Below are positions 39,065-49,290 of a stretch of DNA of 64,000 nucleotides, piece after piece; within the stretch, counting starts at the first letter, position 1, and each line of letters starts with the position of its first letter. The stretch is taken from NCBI GenBank assembly GCA_963725865.1, contig CAVSAC010000019.1, positions 1-64,000 of the forward strand. The letters are read 5' to 3'. Below the pieces are notes generated by a model. The model was not told where the DNA came from and made no database searches. It was given only the letters and a program-made list of their open reading frames with translations. The position numbers and the translations under genes were made by a program. This DNA is from Candidatus Eiseniibacteriota bacterium (GTDB taxonomy: Bacteria > Eisenbacteria > RBG-16-71-46).

Positions 39065-42000
39065 TCAGCGCGGCAGCGCCTGCTCCTCGTGCTGCTCGGC
39101 CTCCCACCAGAACGCACCGCGCGCGCGCTGGCGCGGCGCGATCTCGTTCATCGTGGCGGCGTCGTAGAGGCGCCCGTTCACCATCACCATGCCGACGCTG
39201 TTGGTGTTGCGGATGTCCGCGAGCGGGTCCTTGTCCATCACCACCAGATCGGCGAGCTTGCCCGGCTCGAGCGAGCCGAGGTCGCGGTCGTAGCCCAGGT
39301 AGCGCGCGCCCCCGAGCGAGGCGCAGCGCAGCGCCTCGTGGGGCGACATCCCGCCCTGCACCAGGCTCCAGATCTCCCAGTGCGCGCCGAGGCCCTCGCG
39401 CTGGCCATGGGCTCCGATCTGCACGCCGACGCCGGCGCGGTGCAGCTTCGCGGCCTCCTCGGCCACCGTGATGTGATTCCACTCGCCGTCCGGGGCGGTC
39501 ACCGGTCGCCGCGCGCGGGCGTCGAGGATGCGACGGGGCACGAACGACTGCAGGCGCTGATCCGCCCACACCGGCGTCTTCGCGTACCAGTAGTGCTCAC
39601 CATCGAGCCCGCCGTACGCCACGTTGAACGTGGGCGTGTAGCCGACCTTGGTCTGGCTCCACAGCTGCACCACGTCGTCGTACACCCGCGCGATCGGCAG
39701 CGCGTGCTCGACGCCGGTATGGCCGTCGATCACCATCGTCATGTTGTGCGGGAACAGCGCGCCGCCCTCGGGGACGACGTTCATGTGGATCTCGCGCGCC
39801 GCCTCCAGCACCTGCTGGCGCTGGTCGCGGCGCGGCTGGTTGTAACTCTTCACGCTCGTGGCACCGTAGGCCTGCATGCGGTGCAGGTGCATGAGCGCGT
39901 CCGCCAGGCTGTCGACGTCGGCGCGGAAGTCGCCCTTGGCTCCGTACAGGATGGTGCCGGTCGAGAAGATGCGCGGCGCGACGATCTGCCCCGCGCGCTG
40001 CAGCTCGCCCTGCGTGAAGATCTCGCCGGAGTCGTTCGACGGATCGTGCAGCGTGGTCACGCCGAACGCGAGCGACGCGTAGTCGATCCACGAGCGCTGC
40101 GGCACCAGCTGTTCGGCCCCCATCGAGCCGTGCCAGTGCGCGTCGACGAACCCGGGCACGATGGTCTTGCCCGTGACGTCGATCACCTGGGCGCCCGCCG
40201 GCACCGTGACGCTCGCGCGCGGGCCGATCGCGGTGATGCGGCCGCCGAGGGTGACGACGACGCCGTCGTCGATGATCTCGTCGCCCTTCATCGTGACGAT
40301 GCGCGCGCCCCGCAGCGCGACCGCGCCGCTCGGCTTGTCGAGCGGATACGAGAAGCTCACGTCCTGGTGGCGGGCCGGCGAGTCGGCGAGCGAGTCCGGT
40401 GCCCCGGGCACGAACGTGAACAGCTCGGTCAGGTCGCGCGTGAAGAGCTCGGGACCCAGCGACCAGTGCAGCGTCCGCGAGTCGCCCGACCAGCCGAGGA
40501 AGTCCCCGGCCTCCTTCGAGACCAGCCGCACGGGGACGGTGCGGACCGCGGGCCCGATGTCGATCGGACTGCCGGTGCGCGTGAACGGCGCCACCCACAT
40601 CTTGTACTTCTCGCGGAACGCGATCCACTTCTCGTCCGGCGACAGGCGCGCCTCGGTGAAGTACACCCCCTTGAGATGGGTGTGCGGATCGGCCCCGTCG
40701 AGCTTGACGCTGAACAACGTGCGCTCGTCCTGGTCCGCGCCCTCGATGTCGACCAGGTACACGCGGTCGCTGGCGGCCCCGAAGTGCGGCCACTGCCCGC
40801 TGCGGGTGATCAGCGTCGAGGCCCCGCCCGCCGCGGCCACCCGGAAGATGCCGTAGTCGCGCGACCACGCGGTCGAGAACAGGTAGCCGCCGGCGATCGC
40901 GCGGTAGACGATCGTGGCGCCATCGGGCGAGAACGCCGGCTCCACGTAGTGCCCGGGCTGCCGCGTCACCACCCGGCCGGCGCCGCCGCCGGCGGGCACC
41001 ACGCGGACCGCGCCGAGCTGGTCGTCGTCCCAGCTCACGTAGACGATCGACTTCCCGTCGCGCGACCATGCCGGATAGAACTCCCAGTGGTCGTTTTGCG
41101 TCGTCAGGCGGTGCGGCGCGCCGCTCGGCAGCGCACGCATCCACAGGTGGCCGAGCGCCGAGTACACGACCCGGTCGCCCTGCGGCGAGACGGTGACCCA
41201 GCGCAGCATGCGCGCGCGCAGGGAGTCGGGCGCGACCTCGACCGGGAAGCGGACCGCCTCGGTCACCCGCCGCGTGTCGCTCACGTGGAACGGGATCTCG
41301 GTCACGGCGCGGGTCGCCGCGTCGATGCGGTGGATCCCGCCGTGGGACCAGAACACGACCGACTTCGAGTCCGGCGTCCACGACATCCCGGGATACACGC
41401 CGTGGACCGCCCAGATCTCCTGCAGGTCGCGGTCGAGTTGGGCGTACAGCGGGTGCTCCACGCCGGAGGCCACGTCGACCACGTGCAGCACGCTCTGGCC
41501 GCGCACTCGGCGGATGAACGCCACGCTCTTCCCGTCGGGCGAGGGCGTGGGGCGGATCGCGCCGCCGGGCCCGCCGAGGAACGTGAGGATCTCGCCGCTC
41601 TCGCGGTCGAGGCGCTGGATCGCGTAGATCTGGGTGTTGGAGTCCTTGTTGTACTCGAACGTGCGGCCGGGCGTGGCGTCCAGGCTCCAGTAGAGGTACT
41701 TCCCGTCGGGAGAAAACGCCGGCTCGCCCTCGTCCTTCTGGTCGGTGCGGCGCTTGGTCATCTGCATCCCGTCGCCACCTCCCGCCCAGTGGTAGAGCCA
41801 GATCTCGCCCGCCCCGGCCGAGCGCGTCGACGTGAAGTGCTTGCGCGCCGCGATGAATCGGCCATCGGGCGTCCACGTCGGGCTGTTGAGCAGCCGATAG
41901 CTCTCCTTGGTCACCTGGCGCGGGTGCGAGCCGTCGCGGTCGATGACCCAGATGTTGTCGCCGCCCGCGCGATCGCTGGTGAACGCGATGTGGGCGCCGT

Positions 42001-42400
42001 CGGGGCTGAAGCGCGGCTGCTCGTCCCACGCCATGCCGTGGGTGATCGCCTTCGCTTCGCCGCCCGTGCTCGGGATCACGTAGAGGTCGCCGAGCAGGTC
42101 GAACACGAGCTGCTTGCCGTCGGGGCTGACGTCCACGCTCATCCACGTGCCGCTGCGCACGTCGAGCGTCGCGTCGTGATGCGGGCCCGGCGGGTCGTTC
42201 ACGTCCCACTTGGCGTCCGGCGAGACCGTCGGAGCGTTGGCGCCGCTCGCGGCCGGCAGGATCGCCGACGGCCCGAGCGCCTCGGGGGGGCCGTCGTCCG
42301 GGTCTCCGCTGCCGGCGAGCGCGAGGGCGGGGAACGCGAGCAGGGCGAGCAGGATCGCGAACCGCAGTCGAGGATGGAGCGGGCGAGTGGAGCGCTTCAT
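39065..42400 (-). CDS. Exported PD40/TolB-repeat amidohydrolase
   Basis: Signal peptide; many FSPDG repeats; PGFVDAHWH, GSLEPGKLADLVV. Confidence 0.92.
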   Translation of the reverse strand: MKRSTRPLHPRLRFAILLALLAFPALALAGSGDPDDGPPEALGPSAILPAASGANAPTVSPDAKWDVNDPPGPHHDATLDVRSGTWMSVDVSPDGKQLVFDLLGDLYVIPSTGGEAKAITHGMAWDEQPRFSPDGAHIAFTSDRAGGDNIWVIDRDGSHPRQVTKESYRLLNSPTWTPDGRFIAARKHFTSTRSAGAGEIWLYHWAGGGDGMQMTKRRTDQKDEGEPAFSPDGKYLYWSLDATPGRTFEYNKDSNTQIYAIQRLDRESGEILTFLGGPGGAIRPTPSPDGKSVAFIRRVRGQSVLHVVDVASGVEHPLYAQLDRDLQEIWAVHGVYPGMSWTPDSKSVVFWSHGGIHRIDAATRAVTEIPFHVSDTRRVTEAVRFPVEVAPDSLRARMLRWVTVSPQGDRVVYSALGHLWMRALPSGAPHRLTTQNDHWEFYPAWSRDGKSIVYVSWDDDQLGAVRVVPAGGGAGRVVTRQPGHYVEPAFSPDGATIVYRAIAGGYLFSTAWSRDYGIFRVAAAGGASTLITRSGQWPHFGAASDRVYLVDIEGADQDERTLFSVKLDGADPHTHLKGVYFTEARLSPDEKWIAFREKYKMWVAPFTRTGSPIDIGPAVRTVPVRLVSKEAGDFLGWSGDSRTLHWSLGPELFTRDLTELFTFVPGAPDSLADSPARHQDVSFSYPLDKPSGAVALRGARIVTMKGDEIIDDGVVVTLGGRITAIGPRASVTVPAGAQVIDVTGKTIVPGFVDAHWHGSMGAEQLVPQRSWIDYASLAFGVTTLHDPSNDSGEIFTQGELQRAGQIVAPRIFSTGTILYGAKGDFRADVDSLADALMHLHRMQAYGATSVKSYNQPRRDQRQQVLEAAREIHMNVVPEGGALFPHNMTMVIDGHTGVEHALPIARVYDDVVQLWSQTKVGYTPTFNVAYGGLDGEHYWYAKTPVWADQRLQSFVPRRILDARARRPVTAPDGEWNHITVAEEAAKLHRAGVGVQIGAHGQREGLGAHWEIWSLVQGGMSPHEALRCASLGGARYLGYDRDLGSLEPGKLADLVVMDKDPLADIRNTNSVGMVMVNGRLYDAATMNEIAPRQRARGAFWWEAEQHEEQALPR

Positions 42401-42546
42401 GGGGGCACCTCGGGTTGGACCAACGTGGCGTCCATGGGGATCGCGGACGATACACGAACGCGTCGGTCCGTTGGCGGCCCCGCGCGCCGGCGGCGGACGG
42501 ACGCGCCCAGATCGGGGACGAACGCGCCCGCGCGCGGTGTCCGCCC

Positions 42547-43545
42547 TCAGCCGCTCCGCGACTCGCTCCGCACGGCCGCGGCCATCGACCGCACGATCTC
42601 GCCGGCGGGCTCGATCGCGTGGATGTCGCGCACGCTCTTGCCCGCCTGCCAGAAGTCGAGCCGGCCGGTGGCGTCGAGCGAGGCGCGCTTGAGCTGCCAG
42701 GCGGAGCGCAGCGCGTAGAGGCCGCGCATCGCGTGACGGGTGCGCGGCTGCCTCAGAAGCCAGCGCGCGAGGGGACCGGCGCGCAGCCCGGCGCGCTGGA
42801 CGGTGGCGGTGTTGAGCACCGCGACGGGGATGCCGGTGATGCGCTCGGTGAGCACCACGTCGTCCTCGTGTGCCGCCACGATGGCGGCCTTGTAGGCGGC
42901 ACTCGCGCGGCACTCCGGGGTCGCGATGAAGCGCGTGCCCAGCTGCACGCCCGCATAGCCGAGCGCGAGCGCGTGGCGGAAGCCCGCGGCATCGGCGATC
43001 CCGCCCGCGCAGAGGATCGGCAGGCCGAACGGCGCCAGCTCCTCGAACAGCGCCTCCGCGCCGCGCGGACCGGCGTGTCCCCCGGCGCGCGCGTTGACGG
43101 CGATCAGTCCGTCCACGCCGCCGTCGCGCGCCTTGGTCGCCCACTTCGCCTCGGTGACGTCGTGGTACACGACGCCGCCGACCGCGTGTGCGCGCTCGAC
43201 CACCCAGCGCGGGTTGCCGAGCGAGGTCACGAAGAACCGCACGCCCTCCTCGAGCGCCACGTCCACCCACTCGCGCATGCGCTCCTCGTAGCGGCGCGCG
43301 GTCTTCTCGATCAGCGCGTTCATCCCGATCGGCCGGTCGGTGAGGCGGCGGATCAGGCGCAGACCGGCGCGGAAGTCGTGGCCGTGCACGTACGTCATCG
43401 AGACCGGCTGCACCACGCCGATGCCGCCCGCCGCCGAGACCGCGGCGACCAGCTCGGGATTGCTGCAGGGGTACATCGCGCCGCACACGATCGGCACCGC
43501 GATGCCGACCTGACGCGTGAACGCGGTCTCCAGCGCGACGCTCAC
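42547..43545 (-). CDS. Nitronate monooxygenase family (FabK/NMO) flavoprotein
   Basis: PIVCGAM, AGGHAG, AGGIAD, QLGTRF, WQAG; GTGA overlap with upstream gene. Confidence 0.88.
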   Translation of the reverse strand: MSVALETAFTRQVGIAVPIVCGAMYPCSNPELVAAVSAAGGIGVVQPVSMTYVHGHDFRAGLRLIRRLTDRPIGMNALIEKTARRYEERMREWVDVALEEGVRFFVTSLGNPRWVVERAHAVGGVVYHDVTEAKWATKARDGGVDGLIAVNARAGGHAGPRGAEALFEELAPFGLPILCAGGIADAAGFRHALALGYAGVQLGTRFIATPECRASAAYKAAIVAAHEDDVVLTERITGIPVAVLNTATVQRAGLRAGPLARWLLRQPRTRHAMRGLYALRSAWQLKRASLDATGRLDFWQAGKSVRDIHAIEPAGEIVRSMAAAVRSESRSG

Positions 43546-44027
43546 GCCACCGCCCGGTCGAGTCGCCAGCGCACCGTGACGCGCGCGACCGGCTCGCCGG
43601 CGGCGTCGCGCAGCTCGGCGACCACGTCGTGATCGAGGGGCCCGGTCACCGCCGGCAGCGCGGCCTGGCACTCGGCGGTCAGCACGCCGCGGGCCTTCTT
43701 GAGGTACTCGGTGGTCAGCGAGAGCACGATGCCGCGCACTCCGGCGGGCAGCCCCGCCATCATCGCGAGACCGCTGGTGAGCTCGCCGAGGTTGGTGAGC
43801 GCCACCGCGTGCACGGAGCGCAGGTGATTGCGCACCGCGCGGCGCTCGCGCAGCGTCAGGCGCGCGTAGCCGGGGCGCAGCTCGACGACCCGCGCGCCGA
43901 GCGCGCCGCTGTAAGGCGCCAGCCCGCGCAGCAGCAGCCCGAACAGCCACGCGCCGCCCGGCAGCGGAGCGAGCCGCTGCCACGTGCGCATCAGCAGGGT
44001 GCCGGGAGCTTCGAGCGATCGGGCCAT
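43542..44027 (-). CDS. Hotdog-fold thioesterase (DUF4442/PaaI-like)
   Basis: [31 protein letters not shown]. Confidence 0.85.
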   Translation of the reverse strand: MARSLEAPGTLLMRTWQRLAPLPGGAWLFGLLLRGLAPYSGALGARVVELRPGYARLTLRERRAVRNHLRSVHAVALTNLGELTSGLAMMAGLPAGVRGIVLSLTTEYLKKARGVLTAECQAALPAVTGPLDHDVVAELRDAAGEPVARVTVRWRLDRAVA

Positions 44028-44061
44028 GGGCGTGCGCGTCGCCGGGCGACGCGCGGGCACT

Positions 44062-45963
44062 CTACCGGATTCCCCCGCGCCGCGCGCCGCGGTTCGCGGG
44101 TGGCGCCGCCGGCGCCGCGGGTCGCGCGAGCCGGCTGCGCGCCTCGTCGCGCAGCTGCCGCGCGGTCGCTTCGCCGGGGTCGAGCCGCAGCGCCGCCTCG
44201 GCGTCGCGCAGGGCCTCCGCCGGCCGGCCGCGCTCGAGACCGATCGCCGCGAGTCGCACCAGGTGCGGCGTCGCGGCCGCGCCCGGCAGGAGCAGGGCGT
44301 TCACGCGCAGCGCGAGCCGCTCCCGCGTCGGGCCATCCTCCCACCAGGCCGGCGTGCGACCGAAGTCGGGAGTCACCCGGAAGGTCACGCTCGGGCGCTG
44401 CGCGGTGGCGTTCACCACCTCGAGGCCCGGCACCACCGCCGAGGTGTCGAGCAGGAATGCGAACGCCGGGCGCATGTAGGCCTCGTACCAGGAGTAGTAG
44501 AGGTAGTGCACGTCCTGCGCGCGGCAGTAGGCCGCCAGCGACGGAAGCGTGCGGTAGATCGGGAACGGCACCGGCTGGAGCCCCGCGTAGTACGCGGTGT
44601 GCGCCTTGCGCGCCAGCAGACGCTCGCCGGGCCGCGCGACCGCGCGCAGCGCCGCGCCCGCGACCCGGGTCTCGAGCGGCAGGATCTCGGCGCAGCCGCG
44701 GTGATAGACGATCGCCCAGCGCACGGTGGGAATCAGCGCCGCCAGTCCCAGCGTGGCGGCCGCGAGCAGCGGCCACGGCCGCGGCCAGCGGGCCCGCGCG
44801 ATCCGCGCCACCAGCCACGCGGCGGGCAGCGTCCACATCGGCGCGAGCACCATCGAGTACCGCTCGGTATAGAACACCGGGAGCAGCACCAGCGCCGTGC
44901 ACAGCGCGAACGGCAGCAGCGGAACGAACGGCGCCCCCGCGCGCAGGATCAGGATCGCGATCACGCCCGCGATGGCGAGGATCGCGATCGGCGGGCCGAG
45001 CAGGTCGCGCGCGTCGCGCAACACGTGCTCGCCGATGCGCGCGCCGAGCCCCGGCAACGCCGCCGTGGCGCCCGCCTCGCTCTGGGCCTCGGCCTGGGCC
45101 TGCGCCCGCACGTCCGCTCCGAGGTCGCGGTAGCGGCTCTCGAGCAGCTGGCCGGGGGTGCCCTGCAGGTAGAAGCCGCGGTCGCGGATCAGCGTCTCCC
45201 CCGGCAGATGTCCCGCGTGCAGCGAGGCGGCGGTCCACGGCGCGATCGGGATCAGCATGCCGAGCAGGAACAGCGCGATGTGTCCCGCGCGCGCCGCGGT
45301 GCTGCGCCCGCTGCGCAGGCCCTCGAACAGCAGCGCCGCCGGCAGCAGGCTCGCGAGGTTGTAGCGCGTGAGCACCGCCAGTCCGGCCGCGACCCCGGCC
45401 GCGAGCGGTCCCCGGCGGCCCGCGACCGTGAGGGTCGCGCACACCGACAGCGAGAACCACGCCATCGCCACCATGTCGGTGGTGGCCGAGTAGCCGTAGC
45501 GCATCAGCGTGGGATTCGCGAGCAGCGCGACCACCAGCAGCAGCGCGACCGCGCTGTCGAGCCGTCGCTCGGCCACCCGCCACCACGCCCACAGCGTGGC
45601 GCCGGCGGCCAGCACCGAGAGCACGCGCGCGGCGGTGAACAGGTCGGGCAGCGCCCATCCGAACAGCGCGAGCATCACCTCGTAGACCGGGCCGTACACG
45701 CCGTAGCGCGCGAAGTCGACGTGCCCGTGCTGCAGCGCGCGGGCGCCGATCGCGTAGCCGGCGTAGAAGTCGCTCTCGGTCAGGTAATCGCCGATGCGGT
45801 GCACGATCAGCGCGTACGCACCCAGCGCCAGCGTCGCGACCGCCACCACGAGCGCGCCGGCGCTGCGGAGCGTGGCGGGCGCGATGCCGGCGGGCGCGAC
45901 GGGGACGGCGCGGGACGGGTGGGACGATCGGGATCGGCGCATGGGATGGGATCGCGGCGGCAT
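44062..45963 (-). CDS. GT-C membrane glycosyltransferase (ArnT/PMT-like) with C-terminal TPR
   Basis: ESDF, multi-[25 protein letters not shown]; start uncertain. Confidence 0.75.
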   Translation of the reverse strand: MPPRSHPMRRSRSSHPSRAVPVAPAGIAPATLRSAGALVVAVATLALGAYALIVHRIGDYLTESDFYAGYAIGARALQHGHVDFARYGVYGPVYEVMLALFGWALPDLFTAARVLSVLAAGATLWAWWRVAERRLDSAVALLLVVALLANPTLMRYGYSATTDMVAMAWFSLSVCATLTVAGRRGPLAAGVAAGLAVLTRYNLASLLPAALLFEGLRSGRSTAARAGHIALFLLGMLIPIAPWTAASLHAGHLPGETLIRDRGFYLQGTPGQLLESRYRDLGADVRAQAQAEAQSEAGATAALPGLGARIGEHVLRDARDLLGPPIAILAIAGVIAILILRAGAPFVPLLPFALCTALVLLPVFYTERYSMVLAPMWTLPAAWLVARIARARWPRPWPLLAAATLGLAALIPTVRWAIVYHRGCAEILPLETRVAGAALRAVARPGERLLARKAHTAYYAGLQPVPFPIYRTLPSLAAYCRAQDVHYLYYSWYEAYMRPAFAFLLDTSAVVPGLEVVNATAQRPSVTFRVTPDFGRTPAWWEDGPTRERLALRVNALLLPGAAATPHLVRLAAIGLERGRPAEALRDAEAALRLDPGEATARQLRDEARSRLARPAAPAAPPANRGARRGGIR

Positions 45964-46075
45964 GATACAGCAAGGCCGCGAGCCCGCCGGGTCGCCGCAG
46001 CGACCGGCCGAGCGCCCGTGCGCGTTCGGCGGCGCGTTCCTCGGAGCCGGAGGTGGAAACGGACGGGAGTCGAAA

Positions 46076-46176
46076 CGGTGAAGGGTCGTACGCGTCCCCG
46101 CGCACGACCCCACCGAGTGCTCGTCGCGGTCCACCTCGGCGCGTGCACGAGGTTGCCGCTGAGCCCTGCCCCCCCA
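46076..46176 (-). ncRNA. Candidate sigma54-dependent small RNA
   Basis: Follows a -24/-12 promoter; two hairpins, the last a 12-bp stem with G-U pair and GGGA tetraloop followed by UUCACCGUUUC. Confidence 0.5.
46083..46110 (-). terminator. Terminator-like hairpin
   Basis: GGGTCGTGCGCG-GGGA-CGCGTACGACCC then TTCACCGTTTC; fully paired only on the minus strand. Confidence 0.6.
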
Positions 46177-46186
46177 CTCGGCCTAG

Positions 46187-46202
46187 TGCAAGAGCAGGGC
46201 CA
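46187..46202 (-). promoter_or_regulatory. Sigma54 (-24/-12) promoter
   Basis: TGGCCC-TGCTC-TTGCA: exact GG-N10-GC spacing. Confidence 0.6.
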
Positions 46203-46328
46203 CGGTCGCGTGTCGTGACAGAGATCGGCGCAGGCGGGTGACTTGGGCGCCGGCGCCGGCGTTTCGTGCGCGCCGGCTCGCGCCCCCGCGGCGGAAGAAC
46301 CGTCAAGCCCGCCGACACGAGGGCCCGC

Positions 46329-46826
46329 TCACGCGTGCCCGGGCTCCTGCTGCTCCTCGGCGGCGCGGCGGCGGCGGCGGAAGAATTCGCGCAGCAATTC
46401 GCCGCACTCCTCGGCGAGCACGCCGGTCGTCACCTCGACGCGGTGGTTCAGGCGCGGCTCGTGGATCACGTCGGTCACCGAGCCGCAGCCGCCCGCCTTG
46501 GGATCGAGCGCGCCGTAGACCAGCCGACCGAGCCGCGCGAGCACGATCGCGCCCGCGCACATCGAACAGGGCTCGAGCGTGACGTAGAGCGTGCACTCGT
46601 TGAGGCGCCACGAGCCGAGCGCGCTCGAGGCGGCGCCGATCGCGACGATCTCGGCATGGGCGGTGGCGTCCTGCAGGCCCTCGACCTGGTTGTGCCCGCG
46701 CCCGATCACGAGCCCTTCGTGCACGATCACGCAGCCGACCGGCACCTCGTCGGCTGTCTCCGCCGCGCGCGCTTCGCGCAACGCCGCCTGCATGCCCTGC
46801 TCGTCGTCGCGGATCAGCACCGACAC
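46329..46826 (-). CDS. tadA: tRNA adenosine(34) deaminase
   Basis: EVPVGCV, TAHAE, WRL, TLEPCSMC, DPKAG, LNH, FF C-terminus. Confidence 0.95.
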   Translation of the reverse strand: MSVLIRDDEQGMQAALREARAAETADEVPVGCVIVHEGLVIGRGHNQVEGLQDATAHAEIVAIGAASSALGSWRLNECTLYVTLEPCSMCAGAIVLARLGRLVYGALDPKAGGCGSVTDVIHEPRLNHRVEVTTGVLAEECGELLREFFRRRRRAAEEQQEPGHA

Positions 46827-46843
46827 GCGCGGCTCGCCGGGCG

Positions 46844-47593
46844 CTACGGCGCCTTGGGCGCGGCGGACGCGGGCGCAGTGGCGGCACGCGAGGGGAACTG
46901 GCTCGCCCACCGCGTGAACAGCTTGCCCACGATCTCGAGGTAGGCGGGCGGTCCGCCCTGGGCGTTGACCGGGTCGTGCCCGAGCCCGCCGCCCGACATG
47001 TTCACCGCGCCGGTGCTGGGATCGTGGTACGCCCCCTCGCCGGTCTCGCTGCCCGAGATCGACCACACCAGGCGCCCGGTGGAATCCACCAGCACCGCGC
47101 GCGCCTGCACCGTGGTCGAGGGCTTGCCCGCCTCGTTCCACTCCATCTTGCGCTGCTCCCACTGGTCCACGCGCACCGCGAACACCGCGTTGGTGCGCAG
47201 CGCGGCGCACAGCCGCGGGGCCAGCAGCGAGTCCACGCTCCCCGTCTTGAGCACGCCCTCGCGTGCGACCCTGAACAGCGACTCGGCCACCGCGTCCCCG
47301 CGCACCAGCTCGCGCGCGGTGGCGGCCGACAGCCAGCGGTGGCCGCTCTCGCGGAACGTCATGCCGACCGCCTGCGCCACCGTCTTCTCGGCTTCGAGGT
47401 TGTTGTCGTAGCTGGCGACCGGGAGCATCGCGATGCTCCCGATGCCGAGCGAGGCGAGATCCGGGTAGGTCCACACCAGATCGTGGGTCTTCTCCTTCTT
47501 GGGTGCGGCGGAGGCCACGGCCGCGAGCGCCAGAGCGCACGCGACGCCGGCCACCGCACGCATCACGTCCGCGGCACGACGTGAGCGAGTCAT
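46844..47593 (-). CDS. Hypothetical exported protein
   Basis: Signal peptide ending ASA; globular alpha/beta-like remainder; 1 bp from the upstream gene. Confidence 0.7.
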   Translation of the reverse strand: MTRSRRAADVMRAVAGVACALALAAVASAAPKKEKTHDLVWTYPDLASLGIGSIAMLPVASYDNNLEAEKTVAQAVGMTFRESGHRWLSAATARELVRGDAVAESLFRVAREGVLKTGSVDSLLAPRLCAALRTNAVFAVRVDQWEQRKMEWNEAGKPSTTVQARAVLVDSTGRLVWSISGSETGEGAYHDPSTGAVNMSGGGLGHDPVNAQGGPPAYLEIVGKLFTRWASQFPSRAATAPASAAPKAP

Positions 47594-47594
47594 C

Positions 47595-47951
47595 TCAGTT
47601 CCCTCCGGAAGGCGCTCCACCGGCGTCGGCGACCGTCGTCTTCTCGACGAGCGCGGGCGCCGCGCAGCGCGGACACTTGCCCGAGTGCTCGACGGGCTGG
47701 CCGTCGGTCGGGCACTTGTACGCGATGGCGGTCTCCACCAACTGGGTCTGGTCCATGGTGCACAGGCCCGCCGCGTCGTAGTCCATGCCGCACTTCGGGC
47801 ACTCGTAGACCATCCGCTCCGTGTGCAGGATCGGGATCGCCTTGGGGCCCTGCGCCACGGCCTGGCCGCTGAGCCCGGAGCGGGCGCCCCGGGTCTGGCA
47901 GCCGACGACGGAGCATGAGACGAGCAGGAGGAGAGCGAGGAGCCGGTTCAT
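47595..47951 (-). CDS. Lipoprotein with two heavy-metal-binding-like Cys motifs
   Basis: VVGC lipobox; YECPKC...GLC and YKCP...GKCPRC. Confidence 0.72.
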   Translation of the reverse strand: MNRLLALLLLVSCSVVGCQTRGARSGLSGQAVAQGPKAIPILHTERMVYECPKCGMDYDAAGLCTMDQTQLVETAIAYKCPTDGQPVEHSGKCPRCAAPALVEKTTVADAGGAPSGGN

Positions 47952-48032
47952 GCGCGTTCCCTTCGGTGAAGATGGGACCTCATGCGACCGGGGGCGACGC
48001 GGCGGGGAGCACTCGCGTGCGGCGGGAAAGAA

Positions 48033-48109
48033 TGGCGCGCCCTGGAGGATTTGAACCCCCAACCTTCTGGTCCGTAGCCAGACGCTCTATCCAATTGAGC
48101 TAAGGGCGC
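48033..48109 (-). tRNA. tRNA-Arg(ACG)
   Basis: GCGCCCTTAGCTCAATTGGATAGAGCGTCTGGCT-ACG-GACCAGA...TTCAAATCC...GCCA. Confidence 0.97.
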
Positions 48110-48130
48110 GCCCCAGCGAAGCGGGCACAA

Positions 48131-48222
48131 TGGCGGAGAGGAGAGGATTCGAACCTCCGGATCGGTTTTACCCGATCAACCGCTTAGCAGGCGGCTGCCT
48201 TCGACCGCTCGGCCACCTCTCC
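48131..48222 (-). tRNA. tRNA-Ser(GCT)
   Basis: GGAGAGGTGGCCGAG...CCGCCT-GCT-AAGCGG, long variable arm, TTCGAATCC, GCCA. Confidence 0.97.
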
Positions 48223-48232
48223 AAGGTACGAC

Positions 48233-48318
48233 TGGCGGAGGGAGTAGGATTCGAACCCACGGAGCTTTCGCTCAGCGGTTTTCAAGACCGCCGCCTTCAA
48301 CCACTCGGCCATCCCTCC
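48233..48318 (-). tRNA. tRNA-Ser(TGA)
   Basis: GGAGGGATGGCCGAG...GCGGTCT-TGA-AAACCGC, variable arm, TTCGAATCC, GCCA. Confidence 0.97.
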
Positions 48319-48495
48319 GGACGATGCCGCGGCTTGTCTCGAAAGACGCTGACGGCCCGAGCGAGCGATCCCGCTGCCACCGCCGACTGCCGCGCGAGTG
48401 CCGACGCTCCGTCGAACGCTCAAGCGAGCGAACCGCATCCGCGTGCAGGGCGGGGAATCTAGCATCGGCCTGCGGGCGGGCGCAAGGCGGGGCGG
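48276..48495. repeat. Direct repeat copy 1 (tRNA-Ser 5' half, leader and promoter)
   Basis: Matches 51212..51430 with about 14 differences by eye, including one indel. Confidence 0.95.
48456..48485 (-). promoter_or_regulatory. Promoter of the tRNA Ser/Ser/Arg cluster
   Basis: TTGCGC-N18-TAGATT with extended -10 TGn; both boxes identical in the second copy while the spacer diverges. Confidence 0.65.
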
Positions 48496-48719
48496 GCGGG
48501 GTGGGAACACTTGTGACTAGATCACTTGTGGCTTGGACAGGCGCGTTCTCCATCCCGCATCGAACACCCGTTGACGGCCCCCCCCCTCGGAGGCGTTCAC
48601 TCTCGGGCGTGTGAGGCCCGCGCCCCGCTCGCCGACCCCTCGCCCTCGAGGCTGAGCCCCTCACCCCCGCCCCCACCGGGTTGGCTTCGGACCGCTGTCT
48701 CCGACAGGAGGCCGCGACC

Positions 48720-49290
48720 ATGGGCCGCATCCACCGGTGTTGCTATGCTCTTCTCATGTTGTTGCTCACCACCCGCTCCGCATCGGCGCTCCAGCTTCAA
48801 TGGACTGGTGGCGCCACCACGCTCTCGTTCACCGAGGCCACCCGCTGCACGATGGTGGTGCAGGCGGACTCGAGCGAGCAGCGGCTGCCGGCGGAGTGGC
48901 GACTGCTGTGGGTCGCCGACAGCTGCGACATCTCGCCAGTGCCGCTCGACGAACAGCTGGCCTGTCTCGAGCCGTTCGCTCAGGTGTCGGCGGTGGACGA
49001 ACCGTCGACGACGGCGGACAGCGCCGCGCATCTGCGCACCATCCACTTCTGCTCGGATGAAAACGATCCCGTGGCGAGCGCCGCGCGCTACGTCCTCGAC
49101 CTGCCGATGGGCAGCGCCGGGAGGTTCCAAGCGGTGGCGCTCGACCCCAACGACTCGACGCAAGTGATTGAGTCGAACGAGATCACGTTCAATGGGGGAG
49201 TGAGCGGCGAATACGCACCGGTCATCCTAAGCGCCACCAGTGTGCACGATTCTCGTGGGCTCAGCGTGACCTTGATCGGCGACCAACTGT
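48720..49290 (+). pseudogene. 5' fragment of a secreted protein gene
   Basis: AGGAGG RBS; signal peptide ending ASA-LQLQW; coding signal switches frame and family near 49287. Confidence 0.6.

Noticed and set aside
45964..46328. SRP RNA (ffs) next to tadA
   Set aside because: The conserved CAGG-N-GNAA-N-AGCA domain IV motif was not found
48508..48530. CRP-like site TGTGA-CTAGA-TCACT within a CACTTGTG repeat
   Set aside because: Spacer is 5 bp rather than 6; too weak to call
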